Assembly: GCA_964413945.1 (NCBI GenBank)
Contig: CAYPUT010000001.1
Location: forward strand, 1 to 52,376
Reading direction: 5' to 3'
Source of the DNA: an uncultured Spirochaetaceae bacterium
Lineage (GTDB): Bacteria; Spirochaetota; Spirochaetia; DSM-27196; PWMO01
DNA length: 52,376 bases
Shown: positions 44,130 through 51,288 of the stretch, one piece after another
How positions within the stretch are numbered: position 1 is the stretch's first letter
Layout of the letters: every line of letters begins with the position of its first letter
The notes under the pieces: model-generated
What the model was told of the DNA's origin: nothing
The model's database searches: none
What the model saw: the letters and a program-made list of their open reading frames with translations, nothing else
Position numbers and translations under genes: made by a program

Positions 44130-44861
44130 ATGGCTGAGCGCAAGAAATGCAAGAAGTGTCCCCCTGAAGGGGCGGCCGACTGGTTGCTGACCTACGGGGA
44201 CATGACCACTCTGCTTCTTACCTTCTTCGTCTTGATGTTTACCACGGCGACCATAGACGGTTACGAGCTCCGGCTTATCCTCGCTGCCTTCCCGGGGCTC
44301 GGCTATTCCCAAGGGGGAAACACCCTTCAGGAAGGGCGCCTCGCCGAATTGGGGAACACCGTCATGGCGCTTCCTTCGATGCAGCGGGGGAGGGCCCTCG
44401 ACGAGGCCCGACGGAACGCGGTAAGCATTTTCGAGCCGGAGATTCGATCCCAACGGGTGAGGATCCGGGAAGACGAGAGAGGGCTAGTCATCTCACTTGC
44501 CTCCGACGGTTTCTTCGAGCCGGCAACCGCCGAGGTCAACATCGAGGAGACGCGGGAGGTCTTCATAAAGCTTTCCCAGCTCCTCGGCTCGGAGCAGCTG
44601 GATGGCAGGAAGTTTCGAATAGAGGGACATACCGACAGCATCCCTACGGACCCCAACGGCCCCTGGGAGAGCAACTGGGATCTTTCGGTTGCCCGGGCGC
44701 TCAACGTCTTTCGGCTCTTGCAGGACTACGGGGTGGACGAAGAGCAATTCCAGGTGATGGGGTTGGCCGACACGGTCCCGCTCTTTTCCAACGATACCGC
44801 CGAAGGGCGGGCATACAACCGCCGGGTGGACGTGATCATCCTTACCGAAGGGCACCTCTAA
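44130..44861 (+). CDS. motB: Flagellar motor stator protein MotB
   Basis: WLLTYGDMTTLLLTFFVLMF (TM helix with the conserved Asp) and a C-terminal OmpA-like domain (GHTDSIP...NWDLSVARA...NRRVDVII) are present. Confidence 0.9.
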   Translation: MAERKKCKKCPPEGAADWLLTYGDMTTLLLTFFVLMFTTATIDGYELRLILAAFPGLGYSQGGNTLQEGRLAELGNTVMALPSMQRGRALDEARRNAVSIFEPEIRSQRVRIREDERGLVISLASDGFFEPATAEVNIEETREVFIKLSQLLGSEQLDGRKFRIEGHTDSIPTDPNGPWESNWDLSVARALNVFRLLQDYGVDEEQFQVMGLADTVPLFSNDTAEGRAYNRRVDVIILTEGHL

Positions 44862-44871
44862 GGAGCAAGGC

Positions 44872-45432
44872 ATGTCAGACGAACTGTTCGATACGGAAGA
44901 AGAAGTAGGCGGCGAAGAGGCAGCCGGGGCGGGACGCTCCGTCGGCTTTCTCCCGGGACTTCTCATTCAAATTCTCAAATGGGCGGGCATTGTCGTCGGG
45001 GCGATCATCTTTATCGTGACGGTGGTCGTCGTGACCCTCGGAATAATGGGGGATACGACGCAGTCGCAGACGGTGCTTCCTCCGGATAGTCCGGAGCTCT
45101 CTACCGAGCGTCCGGCGATGCTCACCTACTTTCAGGCCATCGGCGAAATCCGGGGGGTAACCGCCGACGAGCCCCGGCGCACCTTTATTATCGAGCCGGT
45201 CCTAGGTTACAACCAGGATAACCGACAGCTTCAGACGGAGCTTGTCCAACTTACGATCCCGATTCGGGAAGAAATAGACTTCTACTTCTCCGAGCGAACT
45301 GCCGACGAGCTCTTAGGGCCCGAGCAGCGTCGACGGGTTAAGGAAGATTTGGCGACCCGGATTAACCGGATGCTCCGAAGTGGGGAAGTCGAGGATGTTG
45401 CGTTCCAACAGTACCAGATCGTCGACTTTTAA
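44872..45432 (+). CDS. fliL: Flagellar basal body-associated protein FliL
   Basis: 186-aa ORF with a single TM helix and a FliL-like C-terminal domain (RTFIIEPVLGY...VKEDLATRINRML). It sits after motB. Confidence 0.8.
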   Translation: MSDELFDTEEEVGGEEAAGAGRSVGFLPGLLIQILKWAGIVVGAIIFIVTVVVVTLGIMGDTTQSQTVLPPDSPELSTERPAMLTYFQAIGEIRGVTADEPRRTFIIEPVLGYNQDNRQLQTELVQLTIPIREEIDFYFSERTADELLGPEQRRRVKEDLATRINRMLRSGEVEDVAFQQYQIVDF

Positions 45433-45446
45433 TATTTGAGTTAGTC

Positions 45447-45475
45447 TTGCATTTTGGTTACAAGTGTGAGAGAAT
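45447..45475 (+). promoter_or_regulatory. Weak candidate internal promoter upstream of fliM (extended -10)
   Basis: TTGCAT (45447-45452), a 17-nt spacer, then TGaGAGAAT (TG at 45467-45468, hexamer at 45470-45475). It lies in an AT-rich 77-nt gap, and fliM lacks a well-spaced Shine-Dalgarno. Confidence 0.2.
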
Positions 45476-45509
45476 TCCTACGAAACTGTTGGGGGGAACA
45501 GATTAAGTA

Positions 45510-46541
45510 ATGACCGAGGTCCTTTCTCAGGACGAAATCGATCAGCTCCTCACCGCTATATCCTCTGGGGATGTCGAACCGGAAGAGGTTCATCAGCCCA
45601 CGGACCAGCGGAAAATCAAGATATACGACTTCAAGCGGCCGGATAAGTTCTCGAAGGAACAGATCCGGACGGTCTCGATTATGCACGAGACCTTTGCGCG
45701 GTTGACGACAACATCCTTGAGCGCCCAACTGCGGAGCCTGGTTCAGGTACACGTTGCGTCGGTCGATCAGCTTACCTACGAGGAATTCATCCGCTCGATC
45801 CCGAACCCGACGACCCTTGCCGTTATCAACATGGACCCCTTGAAGGGGTCGGCCATTCTCGAAATAGATCCCGCGATTACCTTCTCGATAATCGACCGGC
45901 TCTTCGGCGGTCAAGGAGAGGGAACCAAGGTTACCCGGGACCTTACGGACATCGAACAGTCGGTTATGGAAGGGATTATCGTCCGAGTTCTCGGAAATAT
46001 GCGGGAGGCTTGGAGTCAGGTAATCGACTTACGGCCGCGCCTCGGGCAGATCGAAACCAACCCTCAGTTTGCCCAAATCGTCCCCCCGACGGAGATGGTC
46101 GTTCTGGTTACCCTGGAAACCAAGGTGGGAGACGTGGAAGGGATGATGAACTTCTGCATCCCCTACCTTACCATCGAGCCGATTATTTCCAAGCTCTCGG
46201 CGCAGTACTGGTATTCGTCCGTCCGCCGGGGAACTACCACCGAAAACCTGAACATACTTCGGGAGCGGCTTTCCACGATCGAGGTGGCGGTCGTCGCGGA
46301 GATCGGCGCGATGGACCTGACGGTTCGGGATGTTCTTTCGCTCCGCGCCGGGGATGTTATTCGATTACAGCATACCCGGACTCGGGATCCGATGATCGTA
46401 AAGGTGGGGAATCGCCCCAAGTTTCTCGGCAAGCCGGGGCTCGTCGGAAACAAGCTCGCCGTCCAGATAATCAAACAGCTGGAGGACATCGAGCAGGAGG
46501 AGTTCGAAGAACTGGCCATTGAAGAAGGAGAAACCTTATGA
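45510..46541 (+). CDS. fliM: Flagellar motor switch protein FliM
   Basis: The N-terminus MTEVLSQDEIDQLL is the CheY-P binding motif. A FliM middle domain and a C-terminal SpoA/FliN-like domain are present. Confidence 0.95.
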   Translation: MTEVLSQDEIDQLLTAISSGDVEPEEVHQPTDQRKIKIYDFKRPDKFSKEQIRTVSIMHETFARLTTTSLSAQLRSLVQVHVASVDQLTYEEFIRSIPNPTTLAVINMDPLKGSAILEIDPAITFSIIDRLFGGQGEGTKVTRDLTDIEQSVMEGIIVRVLGNMREAWSQVIDLRPRLGQIETNPQFAQIVPPTEMVVLVTLETKVGDVEGMMNFCIPYLTIEPIISKLSAQYWYSSVRRGTTTENLNILRERLSTIEVAVVAEIGAMDLTVRDVLSLRAGDVIRLQHTRTRDPMIVKVGNRPKFLGKPGLVGNKLAVQIIKQLEDIEQEEFEELAIEEGETL

Positions 46542-47632
46542 GCGACGGCTCGCTATCCCAGGACGAAATAGACGCATTGCTCCAAGGCGGCTCCGGAATG
46601 GACTTCGGGGGGGGCGGCGCCGGTAGCGGCGCAAGCGGGTCCGAGCAGCAGGTTGAGGCCTTCCGGAAGATCCTGGCCGGTACGCTCGAATCTCAGCGAT
46701 CCAACTTCTCGATGCTTCTCGGCAAACAGGTGTCGATGCAGGCGCCGACGGCGGAGCTGGTCGACGCCGACGGCCTGGTTTCTCGTCTCGGCGCTCAGGT
46801 CGTGGAAATCCGGCAGGATCTGACCGAGGGCATCCAGGTATCCCACTTCTATCTGATGGCTCCCGACTCGGCGGTAAAGATCGCCGAGCCGCTGATGGGT
46901 CAGGAGGGCGTTGAAATGAACGACGCCGCCATCAACGCCCTCCAAGAAGCCATACAGCAGGTTTCCGGTCCCGTCATTACCGCCCTCGGGGACGCAACGG
47001 GTGAGACCGTTATGACCGATCCGCCGGCGGGGCGCATGACCGATCGGGGAGAGCTTTCTTTTCCCGGAGATTCTTTCGTCAAGCTGACCTACCACCTGAG
47101 CGTGGAGGGCGGCCCTCCGGCGGAGCTCGTCGAAGTCTACGATGCTTCGGTGCTTGCGGCCGTCGCGGCGCCGGCTCCCCAACGGGCTCCGGCAGGGGGC
47201 GCCGGCGGAATGGCTCAGAACGCCCCTGCAGCGGATCCCTTCGCCGGGCTGACCGGTGGTGGGGGAGGCGGCGGCGGTTTCGGTATGGGCTCCGCGGGGC
47301 AGTCCGGAGGCGGCCCGACGGTACAGTCCGTTCAATTCGGCGACCTGCAGGGGCAGCCGGTGCAGCAAGAGTCGGGAAACATCGGCCTCTTGATGGACGT
47401 CTACATGGAGATGACCGTCGAGCTCGGCCGGACCAAGAAACTTATCAAAGAGATCCTCGGGATGGGGGAAGGAACCATCATCGAGCTGGACAAGCTCGCG
47501 GGTGAGCCGGTGGATATTCTGGTTAACCACAAGCTTATCGCCAAGGGAGAGGTCGTCGTTATCGACGAGAACTTCGGTGTCCGGGTGACGGAAATCGTCT
47601 CGCCTATGGAGAGGGTTGGTAATATGACGTAG
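46538..47632 (+). CDS. fliY: Flagellar motor switch protein FliY (long FliN with CheC-like middle domain)
   Basis: 364-aa ORF with an N-terminal LSQDEIDALL motif, a CheC-like middle region, a poly-Gly linker, and a C-terminal FliN/SpoA domain (TVELGRTKKLIKEILGMGEGTIIELDKLAGEPVDILVNHKLIAKGEVVVIDENFGVRVTEI). Confidence 0.9.
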   Translation: MSDGSLSQDEIDALLQGGSGMDFGGGGAGSGASGSEQQVEAFRKILAGTLESQRSNFSMLLGKQVSMQAPTAELVDADGLVSRLGAQVVEIRQDLTEGIQVSHFYLMAPDSAVKIAEPLMGQEGVEMNDAAINALQEAIQQVSGPVITALGDATGETVMTDPPAGRMTDRGELSFPGDSFVKLTYHLSVEGGPPAELVEVYDASVLAAVAAPAPQRAPAGGAGGMAQNAPAADPFAGLTGGGGGGGGFGMGSAGQSGGGPTVQSVQFGDLQGQPVQQESGNIGLLMDVYMEMTVELGRTKKLIKEILGMGEGTIIELDKLAGEPVDILVNHKLIAKGEVVVIDENFGVRVTEIVSPMERVGNMT

Positions 47633-47718
47633 TCTGGCCCGCCGCTTTCGGCCGGCTGTTTCTTGGGAGGGGAACGCTGAAATTCTTATGTGCCATTGCC
47701 CTGACTCTTGGGGTTGTT

Positions 47719-48255
47719 TTGGCCGCCTACGGGCAGGCCGATTCCGTAAACGAATCCACACTCTTTTTCGATAACCCGACCGAAGCCGAGGCTTCGGAAG
47801 GTGAGGGTCCGTCCACCTCGTCGGAGCTGGGCCCCGCCTTCGGATTCGGCGACATCATCAGAATGATAGTCGTTCTCGGAGGGGTTCTCGGCGCCATCTA
47901 CGGCGTCTTCTATCTGTTGCGCAGAGCCACCCGGGGGGGCGCCGCCGAGTCTCCTCTGATCGACATTATCGGAAGCCGGCAGCTCCCCGGGGGTAAGTCG
48001 CTCCACCTTGTAAGCGTCGGGTCCGTGCTCTATCTGGTTGGGGGAGCCGACGGGGGCGTTAATCTGGTCGCGAAGATAGACGATCAGGAGAGCATCGACG
48101 AGATCCGCCTCCGTGCGTCTCAATCTCCGGCGCAACCGAAACAGACCTTCGCGGAAGCCTTTGCCTCGATTATGCCCTCCCTCGGGATGGGTGCCAAGGG
48201 GCCGGCGAAGTCGGTGCTTCAGCAGCAACGGGACCGTCTGAGGCGCTTGGGATGA
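47719..48255 (+). CDS. fliO: Flagellar biosynthesis protein FliO/FliZ
   Basis: It has a single TM helix (IIRMIVVLGGVLGAIYGVFYLL) plus the FliO core IDIIGSRQLPGGKSLHLVSVGSVLYLVGGADGGVNLV. The coordinates use the first canonical start (TTG 47719). A likely longer form begins at CTG 47677 (see findings). Confidence 0.7.
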   Translation: MAAYGQADSVNESTLFFDNPTEAEASEGEGPSTSSELGPAFGFGDIIRMIVVLGGVLGAIYGVFYLLRRATRGGAAESPLIDIIGSRQLPGGKSLHLVSVGSVLYLVGGADGGVNLVAKIDDQESIDEIRLRASQSPAQPKQTFAEAFASIMPSLGMGAKGPAKSVLQQQRDRLRRLG

Positions 48256-49088
48256 AACTCTTGTTTCGTGCGACGGCTTCGGTTCTTCTTCTCTGTGCCC
48301 TTGGGGCGCCGGTCTTCGGTCAGGCGGCCCCCGGGGGGGCGGATCCGGCTCCGGCCCCGGGGCTCGGTCTCGGAGAGCTGAATCAGGGTGAGGAGGGTCT
48401 CCAGATACCCTTTGTCGACCTGACCATTCGGAATCCCGAATCGGAGCAGGAGGTGGCGCTCTCTCTGCAGTTGCTCCTTATCCTTGCGGTCTTGAGCCTC
48501 GCTCCTTCGATCATTATCCTCCTCAGCTCTTTCCTGCGAATCGCCATCGTCTTCGACTTCGTAAAGCGCGCCCTTTCGCTTCAACAGGTTCCCCCGACCC
48601 AGGTCCTGATGGGGGTGGCGCTCTTTATGACGGTCTTTGTTATGTGGCCGACCCTCTCGAGCATCTACGAGAACGCCTTTGTCCCCCTCTCCGAAGGGGA
48701 GATCGGCATCGAGGAAGCCTACGGTAACTTCGAGGGGCCGATCCGCATCTTTATGTACCGGCAGATGCAAGCCGACCCGGAGAACATTCGTCTCTTTATG
48801 CGGATGAGCGACTTGCCCAGGCCGAACACGCTGGCCGACGTTCCGACCCGGGTGTTGATACCCGCGTTCATTCTCCACGAGCTTACCGTCGCGTTTAAGA
48901 TCGGCATCCTCCTTTTTATTCCCTTCATCATCATCGATATGGTGGTGGCGTCGACCCTTATGTCCATGGGTATGATCATGCTTCCCCCGATCATGATCTC
49001 CCTCCCGTTCAAGCTGATTCTCTTCGTCCTTATCGACGGCTGGACGCTGATTACCCAACAGCTCGTCACGAGCTTCGGAGGCTTTTGA
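48252..49088 (+). CDS. fliP: Flagellar export apparatus protein FliP
   Basis: It has a signal peptide (MKLLFRATASVLLLCALGAPVFGQ) and FliP motifs (LSLAPSIIILLSSFLRIAIVF, FKIGILLFIPFIIIDMVVASTLMSMGMIMLPP). ATGA overlap with fliO. Confidence 0.95.
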   Translation: MKLLFRATASVLLLCALGAPVFGQAAPGGADPAPAPGLGLGELNQGEEGLQIPFVDLTIRNPESEQEVALSLQLLLILAVLSLAPSIIILLSSFLRIAIVFDFVKRALSLQQVPPTQVLMGVALFMTVFVMWPTLSSIYENAFVPLSEGEIGIEEAYGNFEGPIRIFMYRQMQADPENIRLFMRMSDLPRPNTLADVPTRVLIPAFILHELTVAFKIGILLFIPFIIIDMVVASTLMSMGMIMLPPIMISLPFKLILFVLIDGWTLITQQLVTSFGGF

Positions 49089-49357
49089 TGGATCTCGGTT
49101 TCGCGATCTACATTTTCCGTTCCTCGGTGCTCCATATCCTTCTTCTCGCGGCGCCCATTCTCGGCATCGGCATGGGGGTTGGGTTGATCGTGGCAATCTT
49201 CCAGGCGACGACCTCGATTCAAGATCAGACCTTGAGTTTTATTCCCAAAATCGCGGCGATCCTCGGAGCGCTCATCCTCTTCGGTCCCTGGATGATTCAA
49301 ACCCTCGTCAGCTTCTCGGCAATGGTCTTTGCCCAGATTCCGAATATGGTCCGTTAG
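49088..49357 (+). CDS. fliQ: Flagellar export apparatus protein FliQ
   Basis: 89-aa ORF with 2 TM helices. LLLAAPILGIGMGVGLIVAIFQATTSIQDQTLSFIPKI is FliQ-like. ATG 49088 overlaps the fliP TGA; the ORF-track TTG start is 3 nt upstream. Confidence 0.9.
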   Translation: MDLGFAIYIFRSSVLHILLLAAPILGIGMGVGLIVAIFQATTSIQDQTLSFIPKIAAILGALILFGPWMIQTLVSFSAMVFAQIPNMVR

Positions 49358-49366
49358 GAGGTATAG

Positions 49367-50158
49367 GTGGGATTCAATCAGTTCGTTACCGACGCACAGA
49401 TCTTTCTGTTGATCTTTGCCCGGATAATTGCGCTGATTCTCGTCGCTCCCCTTACCTCCTCCTCGTCGATACCGAGCTTGGCCAAGGTGGGTTTGGCTCT
49501 GCTGTCGGCAACCCTGGTTTTTCCCGGGGTGAGCGCAGCGGGCTACCCGGTACCGGAGAACGGCCTGGCCTTCGGGCTTCTTGTCGCCGGCGAAGCGATG
49601 GTGGGACTGACCATGGCTTTCTTTCTGGTTATCGTCTACGCGATTTTCCAGCTCGCGGGGCAGATGTTCTCCCTCCAGATGGGATTCGGCGCCTCTCAGG
49701 TGTTCGATCCCCTGGCGCAGATCGAGATACCCTTGATGGGGCAGTTCTTGAACATCATAGCGATGTTCGTCTTCGTCACGGTATCGGGGTTCCAACGTAT
49801 CTTTCTGGTCGGGGTCGACCGCTCTTTCCGGGTCTTTCGGGCGGTGGACCTGGTTCTGATTCGCGAGGATATCGTCTTCGAGGTAATGGGACGTCTCGGG
49901 CGCCTCTTCGAACAGGCGCTCATCATTTCTTTTCCGATTCTCGGGACCCTGGTCTTGGTCTACGTGGCGATGGGTCTTATCGCCAAGGCCGCTCCTCAGA
50001 TGAACCTCCTCATTCTCGGGTTTCCCATCTCGATCGGCGTGACCTTTCTGGTTATCTTCGTGGCTCTTCCCTTCGTGGTCGAATCCTTCGACCGGGTAAT
50101 CGAAGAGGGCTTCAGCATTCTGCTGCGGGTTTTCGCGAATCCGGAGGCCCTGCGATGA
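49367..50158 (+). CDS. fliR: Flagellar export apparatus protein FliR
   Basis: 263-aa polytopic ORF with a GTG start behind an AGGAGG Shine-Dalgarno. It has a FliR-type helical pattern (FLLIFARIIALILVAPL...). Confidence 0.9.
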   Translation: MGFNQFVTDAQIFLLIFARIIALILVAPLTSSSSIPSLAKVGLALLSATLVFPGVSAAGYPVPENGLAFGLLVAGEAMVGLTMAFFLVIVYAIFQLAGQMFSLQMGFGASQVFDPLAQIEIPLMGQFLNIIAMFVFVTVSGFQRIFLVGVDRSFRVFRAVDLVLIREDIVFEVMGRLGRLFEQALIISFPILGTLVLVYVAMGLIAKAAPQMNLLILGFPISIGVTFLVIFVALPFVVESFDRVIEEGFSILLRVFANPEALR

Positions 50159-51282
50159 TGCGCTTCGAAGAGCTCCTGTTCCGGGCCCAGCTCGAGGTAA
50201 TGCACCTTCAGTGGTTCGCCGCGGAGGACGAAGGGCGCACCGAGGAGCCGACGGAACACAAGATCCGGAAGGCCCGGGAAGACGGCAAGGTTGCCAAGTC
50301 GCAGGACGTTACCCAGGCGATCGTCCTTATCTTTACCGCCGCAACCTTGGCGCTTATCGCCGGCTACATGTTTCGGGAGATGGGGCGGATGATCTCCTTC
50401 TACTTCTCCAACCTGACGGAGATCGACGTTACCGAGACCGGACTGATCGCCGGGACCTTCCTGCGCTATTTCGTGCGTCTTACCCTCCCGATCGGCGCGG
50501 TGGCCTTTGTCGCCGCGGTTATGGGCAATGTCCTTCAGGTTGGGCTTCTGTTTACCGTCAAGCCGATAACCCCGGATTTCAAGAAGATTACGCCGAACAT
50601 ACCGCGGTTTGTTCAGAAATCCTTTATGTCCGCCGAAGCGCTCTTCAACCTGGCAAAGGCCCTCGGCAAGGTAATGATCGTGGGCGTTATCGTCTTCGTG
50701 AACATCCGGAGCAGAATAGACCAGATCGCCAACCTGCTCTGGGTACCGTTTCTTCAATCGGTCAGGTTTATCGCCCTTACCGGTTTGAGCATTCTGCTCC
50801 AGGTTTCGGTGGTCTTTCTGGTGCTCTCGATTTTCGACTACTACTTTCAACGCCGCCAGCACCGGGAATCCCTCAAGATGACCCGGCAAGAGGTAAAGGA
50901 GGAGCGGAAGACCTACGAAGGCGACCCTCTTGTCAAGAGCCGGCTCCGGCAACGGATGCAAGAGGTGCTTTCCCGCAACATGGTCCGCAAAGTCCCGGAA
51001 GCGGATGTGGTGGTCACCAACCCGACTCATTACGCCGTAGCGATGGAATACAAACGGGAGCTCATGACCGCCCCGACGGTAACCGCAAAGGGGCAGGATC
51101 TGGTGGCCCAGCGAATCCGGGAAATCGCCGTGGAGAGCGGTGTGCCGATTATTGAAAACCGCCCGCTGGCCCGGGCGCTCTATCGCGAGGTCGATATCGG
51201 GGACGAGATTCCTCAACAGTTCTACGAAGCGGCCGTCGCGGTTCTCAAGCAGGTCTACACAATGAAAGGCCAGGTGGGGTAA
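50155..51282 (+). CDS. flhB: Flagellar export switch protein FlhB
   Basis: EDEGRTEEPTEHKIRKAREDGKVAKSQD is at the N-terminus. The autocleavage site VVVTNPTHYAVAM (NPTH) is present. Confidence 0.95.
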   Translation: MMRFEELLFRAQLEVMHLQWFAAEDEGRTEEPTEHKIRKAREDGKVAKSQDVTQAIVLIFTAATLALIAGYMFREMGRMISFYFSNLTEIDVTETGLIAGTFLRYFVRLTLPIGAVAFVAAVMGNVLQVGLLFTVKPITPDFKKITPNIPRFVQKSFMSAEALFNLAKALGKVMIVGVIVFVNIRSRIDQIANLLWVPFLQSVRFIALTGLSILLQVSVVFLVLSIFDYYFQRRQHRESLKMTRQEVKEERKTYEGDPLVKSRLRQRMQEVLSRNMVRKVPEADVVVTNPTHYAVAMEYKRELMTAPTVTAKGQDLVAQRIREIAVESGVPIIENRPLARALYREVDIGDEIPQQFYEAAVAVLKQVYTMKGQVG

Positions 51283-51288
51283 TAGAGT

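Noticed and set aside
47200-47300. A G-rich tract (GGTGGTGGGGGAGGCGGCGGCGG) considered as a regulatory G-quadruplex or slippage site.
   Set aside because: It encodes the poly-Gly linker of FliY in frame. The mix of GGT/GGG/GGA/GGC codons argues against a homopolymeric phase-variation tract.
47688-47777. A small ATG-initiated ORF (MCHCPDSWGCFGRLRAG...) in the fliY-fliO gap.
   Set aside because: It is about 29 codons long with no Shine-Dalgarno and is out of frame with fliO. The fliO-frame reading of the same DNA gives a convincing signal peptide instead.
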